DNA of 64,000 nt from Macrostomum lignano (lineage: Eukaryota): NCBI GenBank assembly GCA_002269645.1, contig NIVC01003562.1:1-64000 (forward strand). Direction: 5' to 3'. Positions within the stretch are counted from its first letter, which is position 1. The number at the start of each line of letters is the position of its first letter. Below are positions 38,701-50,700 of this stretch, in pieces. The notes beneath the pieces are model-generated. The model made no database searches. It saw only the letters and a list, made by a program, of their open reading frames with translations, and had not been told where the DNA came from. The translations under genes and the position numbers were made by a program.

Positions 38701-41700
38701 GTGGATTATGAGGGAGGGCGGATTAGAGGGGCCGATTATGGAGAGCGGATTTGAGGGGCGGATTATGGGGGGAGGGTAGATCATGGAGGGCGGATTTGAG
38801 GGGCGGATTATGGGGGGAGGGTAGATCATGGAGGGCGGATTTGAGGGGCGGATTATGGGGGAGGGTAGATCATGGAGGGCGGATTTGAGGGGCGGATTAT
38901 GGGGGAGGGTAGATCATGGAGGGCGGATTTGAGGGGCGGATTATGGGGGGAGGGTAGATCATGGAGGGTGGATTTGAGGGGCGGATTATGGGGGGAGGGT
39001 AGATCATGGAGGGTGGATTTGAGGGGCGGATTATGGGGGAGGGTAGATCATGGAGGGCGGATTTGAGGGGCGGATTATGGAGGGAGGGTGGATCATGGAG
39101 GGCGGATTAGAGGGGCGGATTATGGGGAGAGCGGATTTGAGGAGCCAATTTTTTAACGGAGATATAAGAAATTTCGTGACGACTTTGACGCGGAGGGGGG
39201 GGCAGATTGAAAGGGCAGATATTCGTAGGTAGACCGGAGTCGAAAAGACGGAGACCAAGAGGTATGCTATATTAAAAAGCCACACAAATAATAATTCTTA
39301 CACTCTGATGATCCAAATGCATATGAGACACACAGATAGCTTTGATAGATTTCAGCACCCTCTGGCAGTCGGCTTCGCCGTAAAAGTTCATCAGTTGCAG
39401 AAGGGTGCCCTCGCCGCAGTCTAATAGAATCTTGGTGGTCTCGCTGAAATATGAGCATAGATATCCGATGCATCGTGTGCATGGCAGACGAGGAAGTCAC
39501 GACCTGTACTATACATCCTGTGCGCCAGTTAGCAAACCCATTTATCTACCAATCCGCCTACCTACCTGTCTATTCACCAATTTGATACCTACCTGCTTAT
39601 CTACCAATCTGCCTACCTACCTGTTTATCTACCAATCTGCCTACCTACCTGTTTATCTACCAATCTGCCTACCTGCCTGTTTATCTACCAATCTGCCTAC
39701 CTACCTGCTTATCTACCAATCTGCCTACCTACCTGTTTATCTACCAATCTGCCTACCTACCTGTTTATCTACCAATCTGCCTACCTACCTGTTTATCTAC
39801 CAATCTGCCTACCTAACTGTTTATCTACCAATCTGCCTACCTACCTGTTTATCTACCAATCTGCCTACCTACCTGTTTATCTACCAATCTGCCTACCTGC
39901 CTGTTTATCTACCAATCTGTCTACCTACCTGTTTATCTACCAATCTGCCTACCTACCTGTATATCTACTAATCTGCCCACCTAGCAATTTATCTACTAAT
40001 CTGGCTCTATCTGTTTATCTACCCGTTAACACTTCAATAAACAATCAAACTATTTTAACCCTACCTGACGTGCAGCAAAATGGCCGAAACATTCCTATAC
40101 TTGGACGGATTAGAAGAAGCTGTGCCGATGAACTGCAGCCAAGGATAGCATCTGGTGGTAGCGTCACTGTCATCCCTGACTCCGTAATCCGCCTTGAACT
40201 CTAACAATTTCTCGTTAAACTCCTGCCTAGTGATGTGAATTTCGTTATCCTCGAATATCTTCTCTCGCATTGCCGCTTCGGTGAATGCCAAGCATTTTGC
40301 CGAACTGTTTGCGGTTGCTATGGCAACTGCGGTGGCTATGTTGCGATCGACGCTGGTAGATTGGTAATTGAAGCCGATTGGCGGCCGAATCAGGTATTCC
40401 TGAGGGCGGAGTTGGGAATTCACGTCTGTCAGATGGGGATCCAAGCTTAAATCTCGATACCATCAAAATTTGATAATATTGTCTAAAAATCAAGTGTTTC
40501 TTTATAAGTTCGAATCTTTACAGATTTGAATCTTCACAGTATAGAATATTCACAGGTTCGAATATTCACAAGCTCAAATCTTCACAGGTTAGAATCTCCA
40601 CAAATTTGAATATTCATATGTTTGAATCTTTACAAGTTCGAATCTTCACAAGTGTGAATCTTCACAAACTCGACTTTTTTCACAGGTTCGAATCTTCACA
40701 AACTCGACTTTTTCACAGGTTCGAATCTTCACAAACTCGACTTTTTTCACAAGTGTGAATCTTCACAAACTCGACTTTTTCACAGGTTCGAATCTTCACA
40801 AACTCGACTTTTTTCACAGGTTTGAATCTTCACAAACTCGACTTTTTCACAGGTTCGAATCTTCACAAACTCGACTTTTTTCACAGGTTTGAATCTTCAC
40901 AGATTCGACATTTCACAGGTTTGAATCTTTACAAACTTGAATCTTCACAGGTTTGAATCTTCGCAAGTTTGAATCTTCACAAATTCGAATCTTGACAAAT
41001 TCGAATCTTGACAAATTCGAATCTTCACAAATTCGAATCTTTACAAGCTCGAATCTTCAGAAATTCGAATTTTTACAGGTTCGAATCTTCACAAAGAAAA
41101 TTTCTACATATTCCAAACTTCAAATTCACTAATAGAGCAATAAATATAGCGTATCCCAACCTGAAATATGGCGCAACTGGTGGCCGAGCTGGGAAAATCC
41201 GCCAAGCTTTCAGTGTTGGTCGACGCAGCGGCGGAAGCGCTGGAGGAGGAAGACAAAGTAGCCGAGCCCGAATTATTTGGAGTTTTTGATTCGTCACCCT
41301 GTAAGATTAAGATAATTAAATAGCAGATTAACTACACGACACTAATGTCTATGACTCCTGACACATTGTTAACCTACACCTGAAACTAATGTCTATGACT
41401 CCTGACACATTGTTAACCTACACCTGACACTAATGTCAATGACTCCTGACACATTGTTAACCTACACCTGACACTAATGTCTATGACTCCTGACACATTG
41501 TTAGTATACACCTGACACTAATGTCTATGACTCCTGACACATTGTTAACCTACACCTGACACTAATGTCTATGACTCCTGACACATTGTTAATCTACACC
41601 TGAAACTAATGTCTATGACTCCTGACACATTGTTAACCTACACCTGACACTAATGCCTATGACTCCTGACACATTGTTAACCTACACCTGACACTAATGT

Positions 41701-44700
41701 CTATGACTCCTGACACATTGTTAACCTACACCTGACACTAATGTCAATGACTCCTGACACATTGTTAATCTACACCTGACACTAATGTCTATGACTCCTG
41801 ACACATTGTTAACCTACACCTGAAACTAATGTCTATGACTCCTGACACATTGTTAATCTACACCTGACACTAATGTCTATGACTCCTGACACATTGTTAA
41901 CCTACACCTGACACTAATGTCTATGACCCCTGACACATTGTTAATCTACACCTGACACTACAGTCAATGACTCCTGACACATTGTTAATCTACACCTGAC
42001 ACTAATGTCTATGACCCCTGACACATTGTTAATCTACACCTGACACTAATGTCTATGACCCTGACACATTGTTAACCTACACCTGACACTAATGTCTATG
42101 ACCCTGACACATTGTTAACCTACACCTGACACTACAGTCAATGACTCCTGACACATTGTTAACCTACACCTGACACTAATGTCTATGACCCTGACACATT
42201 GTTAACCTACACCTGACACTACAGTCAATGACTCCTGACACATTGTTAACCTACACCTGACACTAGTGTCTATGACCTTGACACATTGTTAACCTACACC
42301 TGACACTACAGTCAATGACTCCTGACACATTGTTAACCTACACCTGACACTAGTGTCTATGACCTTGACACATTGTTAACCTACACCTGACACTAATGCC
42401 TATGACTCCTGACACTTTGTTAACCTACACCTGACACTAATGTCTATGACTCCTGACACATTTTGTGACGAAACCAGCTATAGCTATAATAATATACTCA
42501 CCTGCCTCTCCATGAAGCGGTGCCCATACAACAAGGGAAATATGCTGCTATCAAGCGAATTAAGCATCAGCTGACTCTGATGAGCCGCATAGAGCGCAGG
42601 GATGCGGCTTTGACCGTCCAAGACGATGTGCTTCGCATTCGAGTTAAGCGGCGACTTGCGAAAGCTGGAAGGGAAAAATTAGGAAACAATTCGAGGTCAT
42701 GTACTACTGCCACAAATATGCTTTTTATATAGCGTTGTTGGCGCTGCCTAAGACTCTTCAAAATGGCACCTCTAGATTTACTATGACTAATTAGACATTT
42801 TTTAGCCATATTAGACACCTCAGACCGCCATCAGACACCTCAGACCGCCATCAGACACCTCAGACCGCCATCAGACACCTCAGACCGCCATCAGACACCT
42901 CAGACCGCCATCAGACACCTCAGACCGCCATCAGACACCTCAGACCGCCATCAGACACCTTAACCCGCCATCAGACACTTCAAACCGCCATCAGACACCT
43001 CAGACCGCCATCAGACACCTCAGACCGCCATCAGACACCTTAAAGTGCCATCTGACACCTTAAAGTGCCATCGGACACCTCAAAGTGCCATCAGACACTT
43101 TATAGCGCCATTAGACACCTTATAGCGCCATCAGACACCTCAGACCGCCATCAGACACCTCAGACCGCCATCAGACCGCCATCAGACACCTCAGACCGCC
43201 ATCAGACACCTCAGACCGCCATCAGACACCTCAGACCGCCATCAGACACCTCAACCCGCCATCAGACACCTCAGACCGCCATCAGACACCTTAAAGTGCC
43301 ATCTGACACCTTAAAGTGCCATCGGACACCTCGAAGTGCCATCAGACACTTTATAGCGCCATTAGACACCTTATAGCGCCATCAGACACCTCAGACCGCC
43401 ATCAGACACCTCAGACCGCCATCAGACACCTCAGACCGCCATCAGACACCTCAGACCGCCATCAGACACCTCAGACCGCCATCAGACACCTCAGACCGCC
43501 ATCAGACACCTCAGACCGCCATCAGACACCTCAGACCGCCATCAGACACCTCAGACCGCTATCAGACACTTCAGACCGCCATCAGACACCTCAGACCGCC
43601 ATCAGACACCTCAGACCGCCACCACACACCTCAGACCGCTATCAGACACTTCAGACCGCCATCAGACACCTCAGACCGCCATCAGACACCTCAGACCGCC
43701 ATCAGACACCTCAGACCGCCATCAGACACCTCAGACCGCCATCAGACACTTCAGACCGCTATCAGACACCTCAGACCGCCATCAGACACCTCAGACCGCC
43801 ATCAGACCGCCATCAGACACCTCAGACCGCCATCAGACACTTCAGATCGCCATCAGACACCTCAGACCGCCATCAGACACCTCAGACCGCCATCAGACAC
43901 CTCAGACCGCCATCAGACACCTCAGACCGCCATCAGACACCTCAGACCGCCATCAGACCGCCATCAGACACCTCAGACCGCCATCAGACACTTCAGACCG
44001 CCATCAGACACCTCAGACCGCCATCAGACACCTTAAAGTGCCATCTGACACCTTAAAGTGCCATCGGACACCTCGAAGTGCCATCAGACACTTTATAGCG
44101 CCATTAGACACCTTATAGCGCCATCAGACACCTCAGACCGCCATCAGACACCTCAGACCGCCATCAGACACCTCAGACCGCCATCAGACACCTCAGACCG
44201 CCATCAGACACCTCAGACCGCCATCAGACACCTCAGACCGCCATCAGACACCTCAGACCGCCATCAGACACCTCAGACCGCTATCAGACACCTCAGACCG
44301 CCATCAGACACCTCAGACCGCCATCAGACACCTCAGACCGCCATCAGACACCTCAGACCGCCATCAGACACCTCAGACCGCCATCAGACACCTCAGACCG
44401 CCATCAGACACCTCAGACCGCCATCAGACACCTCAGACCGCCATCAGACACCTCAGACCGCCATCAGACACCTCAGACCGCCATCAGACACCTCAGACCG
44501 CCATCAGACACCTCAGACCGCCATCAGACACCTCAGACCGCCATCAGACACCTCAGACCGCCATCAGACACCTCAGACCGCCATCAGACACCTCAGACCG
44601 CCATCAGACACCTCAGACCGCCATCAGACACCTCAGACCGCCATCAGACACCTCAGACCGCCATCAGACACCTCAGACCGCCATCAGACCGCCATCAGAC

Positions 44701-47700
44701 ACCTCAGACCGCCATCAGACACTTCAGACCGCCATCAGACACCTCAGACCGCCATCAGACACCTCAGACCGCCATCAGACACCTCAGACCGCCATCAGAC
44801 ACCTCAGACCGCCATCAGACACCTCAGACCGCCATCAGACACCTCAGACCGCCATCAGACACCTCAGACCGCCATCAGACACCTCAGACCGCCATCAGAC
44901 ACCTCAGACCGCCATCAGACACCCCAGACCGCCATCAGACACCTTAAAGTGCCATCTGACACCTTAAAGTGCCATCGGACACCTCAAAGTGCCATCAGAC
45001 ACTTTATAGCGCCATTAGACACCTTATAGCGCCATCAGACACCTCAGACCGCCATCAGACACCTCAGACCGCCATCAGACACCTCAGACCGCCATCAGAC
45101 ACCTCAGACCGCCATCAGACACCTCAGACCGCCATCAGACACCTCAGACCGCCATCAGACACCTCAACCCGCCATCAGACACCTCAGACCGCCATCAGAC
45201 ACCTTAAAGTGCCATCTGACACCTTAAAGTGCCATCGGACACCTCAAAGTGCCATCAGACACTTTATAGCGCCATTAGACACCTTATAGCGCCATCAGAC
45301 ACCTCAGACCGCCATCAGACACCTCAGACCGCCATCAGACACCTTAACAGTAGGAATACCAAGCCATTTTTCCGCCCGTCGAACTACCAAGGGGGGGGGG
45401 AAATTTCCCCCCCCCCTGACAAATTTTTTTGCTGCGCCGGAACGGAGCAACGCAGACACACAAAATTCAAGAACACGGGCTAACTTTTTGTTGCGCACCT
45501 TCTCAAACAAGAATCAAGTCGCCAGCCCTCCGGACCGTCGAGATATTCGACGATTCTGCCAGAAGGTCGGATTTTTCCCATAAGCGCTAGTGTATTCAGT
45601 ACACCCCTGTGCGCCAATCAGCACTGCGCCTCAGTGCAGCCTTGCCAAGTCTCCAAAGTTCATCAGCACGTCGACCACATGTGTCTGCATCAGCTCTGAC
45701 TTCGTTGGTCACTAGCCTTCACCCAGGCGGAGCTTCTGGACCTTCAACAGGTGGCACCAAGTGACTATGGACACTCTGATACGAATTTCTCGAGTTTCGC
45801 TGATCAAGCCTCGACAGTGGGCATACCTCAACTGCTAGGTATCCTCAGCTAGTCTCTCGAGCCTTCCATCATCACCCCGACGCCGTCGGCACCTTCAACG
45901 GATTACACCAGGTGACTATGAACACCCTGATGCAAATTTCTCTAGTTTCGCTGATCAAGCCTTGCCAATGGGCAAGCCTCAACCGCGAAACATCTTCAGC
46001 TAGTCTCTCAAGCATTCAGTCATCACCCCGACGCCGTCGGCACCTTCAACAGATGACACCAGGCGACTATGAACACCTTGATGCGAATTTCTCTAGTTTC
46101 GCTGATCAAGCCTCGACAGTGAGCAAGCCTCAACTTCTGGACACCCTCAGCTAATCTCTCAAGCATTCAGTCATCACTCGGACGCCGTCGGCACCTTCAA
46201 CAGATGACACCAGGCGACTATGAACACCTTGATGCGAACTTCTCGAGTTTCACCGATCAAGCCTCGACAGTAGGCAAGCCTCAACTGCCGGACACCCTCA
46301 GCTAGTCTCTCAAGCATTCCGTCATCATCCCGACGTCGTCGGCTCCTTCAACAGATTACAACAGGTGACTATGAACATCCTATTGCAAATATGTCAGGTT
46401 TTTCTGATCAAGCTTCAATATTGGGCAAACCTCAACTGCTGGACATCCTCAGCTAGTCTCTCAAGCATTCCGTCATCATCCGGACGCCGTCGGCTCCTTC
46501 AACAGATTACAACAGGTGACTATGAACATCCTATTGCAAATATGTCAGGTTTTCTGATCAAGCTTCAATATTGGGCAAACCTCAACTGCTGGACATCCTC
46601 AGCTAGTCTCTCAAGCATTCCGTCATCATCCGGACGCCGTCGGCTCTTTCAACAGATGACACCAGGGGAGTAAGGACACCTGAGCGTGATTTTTCATCAT
46701 GCTCTTAACATTTCTGAAGCTCTCAAAATTTATAAAGCACGGACATTGCTATAGTTAAGCTTGAACTCATGCTGCTGTATATTTATATTATTATTACACA
46801 TACTTTTATGCATACGAGCTACATACATATTTTATTCGAAAAGCTGCTTAGTTTATTCAGCTATAATATTGAACCCAATGCAGAAAGGGTTATGCTTTTA
46901 AAAAGCCAGTAAATTCAGTCGGTTTTTTCATTTTTTAATGATTCAGAAATGTTAAGAGCATGATGAAAAATCACGCTCACGTGTCATTACTCCCCTGGTG
47001 CCACCTGTTGAAGGTGCCGACGGCGTCGGGGTGATGACGGAATGCTTGACTGACTAGCTGAGGATGTCCAGCAGTTGATTTTTGCCCACTATCGAGGCTT
47101 GATCAGCGAAATTAGAGAAATTATTATCAGGCTGTCCATAGTCAGCTGGTGTAATCTGTTGAAGGAGCCGACGACGTCGGGATGATGACGGAATGCTTGA
47201 GAGACTAGCTGAGGGTGTCCGGCAGTTGAGGCTTGCCTACTGTCGAGGCTTGATCGGTGAAACTCGAGAAGTTCGCATCAAGGTGTTCATAGTCGCCTGG
47301 TGTCATCTGTTGAAGGTGCCGACGGCGTCCGAGTGATGACTGAATGCTTGAGAGATTAGCTGAGGGTGTCCAGAAGTTGAGGCTTGCTCACTGTCGAGGC
47401 TTGATCAGCGAAACTAGAGAAATTCGCATCAAGGTGTTCATAGTCGCCTGGTGTCATCTGTTGAAGGTGCCGACGGCGTCGGGGTGATGACTGAATGCTT
47501 GAGAGACTAGCTGAAGATGTTTCGCGGTTGAGGCTTGCCCATTGGCAAGGCTTGATCAGCGAAACTAGAGAAATTTGCATCAGGGTGTTCATAGTCACCT
47601 GGTGTAATCCGTTGAAGGTGCCGACGGCGTCGGGGTGATGATGGAAGGCTCGAGAGACTAGCTGAGGATACCTAGCAGTTGAGGTATGCCCACTGTCGAG

Positions 47701-50700
47701 GCTTGATCAGCGAAACTCGAGAAATTCGTATCAGAGTGTCCATAGTCACTTGGTGCCACCTGTTGAAGGTCCAGAAGCTCCGCCTGGGTGAAGGCTAGTG
47801 ACCAACGAAGTCAGAGCTGATGCAGACACATGTGGTCGACGTGCTGATGAACTTTGGAGACTTGGCAAGGCTGCACTGAGGCGCAGTGCTGATTGGCGCA
47901 CAGGGGTGTACTGAATACACTAGCGCTTATGGGAAAAATCCGACCTTCTGGCAGAATCGTCGAATATCTCGACGGTCCGGAGGGCTGGCGACTTGATTCT
48001 TGTTTGAGAAGGTGCGCAACAAAAAGTTAGCCCGTGTTCTTGAATTTTGTGTGTCGGCGTTGCTCCGTTCCGGCGCAGCAAAAAAATTTGTCAGGGGGGG
48101 GGGAAATTTTTCCCCCCCCCCTTGGTAGTTCTACTGTTAAAGTGCCATCTGACACCTTAAAGTGCCATCGGACACCTCAAAGTGCCATCAGACACTTTAT
48201 AGCGCCATTAGACACCTTATAGCGCCATCAGACACCTCAGACCGCCATCAGACACCTCAGACCGCCATCAGACCGCCATCAGACACCTCAGACCGCCATC
48301 AGACACTTCAGATCGCCATCAGACACCTCAGACCGCCATCAGACACCTCAACCCGCCATCAGACACCTCAGACCGCCATCAGACACCTTAAAGTGCTATC
48401 TGACACCTTAAAGTGCCATCGGACACCTCGAAGTGCCATCAGACACTTTATAGCGCCATTAGACACCTCAGACCGCCATCAGACACCTCAGACCGCCATC
48501 AGACACCTCAGACCGCCATCAGACACCTCAGACCGCCATCAGACACCTCAGACCGCCATCAGACACCTCAGACCGCTATCAGACACCTCAGACCGCCATC
48601 AGACACCTCAGACCGCCATCAGACACCTCAGACCGCCATCAGACACCTCAGACCGCTATCAGACACTTCAGACCGCCATCAGACACCTCAGACCGCCATC
48701 AGACACCTCAGACCGCCACCACACACCTCAGACCGCTATCAGACACTTCAGACCGCCATCAGACACCTCAGACCGCCATCAGACACCTCAGACCGCCATC
48801 AGACACCTCAGACCGCCATCAGACACCTCAGACCGCCATCAGACACTTCAGACCGCTATCAGACACCTCAGACCGCCATCAGACACCTCAGACCGCCATC
48901 AGACCGCCATCAGACACCTCAGACCGCCATCAGACACTTCAGATCGCCATCAGACACCTCAGACCGCCATCAGACACCTCAGACCGCCATCAGACACCTC
49001 AGACCGCCATCAGACACCTCAGACCGCCATCAGACACCTCAGACCGCCATCAGACCGCCATCAGACACCTCAGACCGCCATCAGACACCTCAGACCGCCA
49101 TCAGACACCTTAAAGTGCCATCTGACACCTTAAAGTGCCATCGGACACCTCGAAGTGCCATCAGACACTTTATAGCGCCATTAGACACCTTATAGCGCCA
49201 TCAGACACCTCAGACCGCCATCAGACACCTCAGACCGCCATCAGACACCTCAGACCGCCATCAGACACCTCAGACCGCCATCAGACACCTCAGACCGCCA
49301 TCAGACACCTCAGACCGCCATCAGACACCTCAGACCGCCATCAGACCGCCATCAGACACCTCAGACCGCCATCAGACACTTCAGACCGCCATCAGACACC
49401 TCAGACCGCCATCAGACACCTCAGACCGCCATCAGACACCTCAGACCGCCATCAGACACCTCAGACCGCCATCAGACACCTCAGACCGCCATCAGACACC
49501 TCAGACCGCTATCAGACACTTCAGACCGCTATCAGACACCTCAGACCGCCATCAGACACCTCAGACCGCCATCAGACCGCCATCAGACACCTCAGACCGC
49601 CATCAGACACTTCAGATCGCCATCAGACACCTCAGACCGCCATCAGACACCTCAACCCGCCATCAGACACCTCAACCCGCCATCAGACACCTCAGACCGC
49701 CATCAGACACCTTAAAGTGCCATCTGACACCTTAAAGTGCCATCGGACACCTCAAAGTGCCATCAGACACTTTATAGCGCCATTAGACACCTTATAGCGC
49801 CATCAGACACCTCAGACCGCCATCAGACACCTCAGACCGCCATCAGACACCTTAACCCGCCATCAGACACTTCAAACCGCCATCAGACACCTCAACCCGC
49901 CATCAGACACCTCAGACCGCCATCAGACACCTCAGACCGCCATCAGACACCTCAGACCGCCATCAGACACCTCAGACCGCCATCAGACACCTCAGACCGC
50001 CATCAGACACCTCAGACCGCCATGAGACACCTCAGACCGCTATCAGACACTTCAGACCACTATCAGACACCTCAGACCGCCATCAGACACCTCAGACCGC
50101 CACCAGACACCTCAGACCGCTATCAGACACTTCAGACCGCCATCAGACACCTCAGACCGCCATCAGACACCTCAGACCGCCATCAGACACCTCAGACCGC
50201 CATCAGACACTTCAGACCGCTATCAGACACCTCAGACCGCCATCAGACACCTCAGACCGCCATCAGACCGCCATCAGACACCTCAGACCGCCATCAGACA
50301 CTTCAGATCGCCATCAGACACCTCAGACCGCCATCAGACACCTCAGACCGCCATCAGACACCTCAGACCGCCATCAGACACCTCAGACCGCCATCAGACA
50401 CCTCAGACCGCTATCAGACACTTCAGACCGCCATCAGACACCTCAGACCGCCATCAGACACCTCAGACCGCCACCACACACCTCAGACCGCTATCAGACA
50501 CTTCAGACCGCCATCAGACACCTCAGACCGCCATCAGACACCTCAGACCGCCATCAGACACCTCAGACCGCCATCAGACACCTCAGACCGCCATCAGACA
50601 CCCCAGACCGCCATCAGACACCTCAGACCGCCATCAGACACCTCAGACCGCCATCAGACACCTCAGACCGCCATCAGACACCTCAGACCGCCATCAGACA

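Noticed and set aside
41335-42462. Repeated CAG|GT motifs on the ELAC2 sense strand as recursive splice sites
   Set aside because: There is no polypyrimidine tract before them, and the intron is only about 1.2 kb.
42577-42612. Hammerhead-like ctgatga followed by a 7 bp stem (gccgcat/atgcggc)
   Set aside because: The stem is followed by tttg rather than gaaa, and it lies antisense to ELAC2 coding exon 11.
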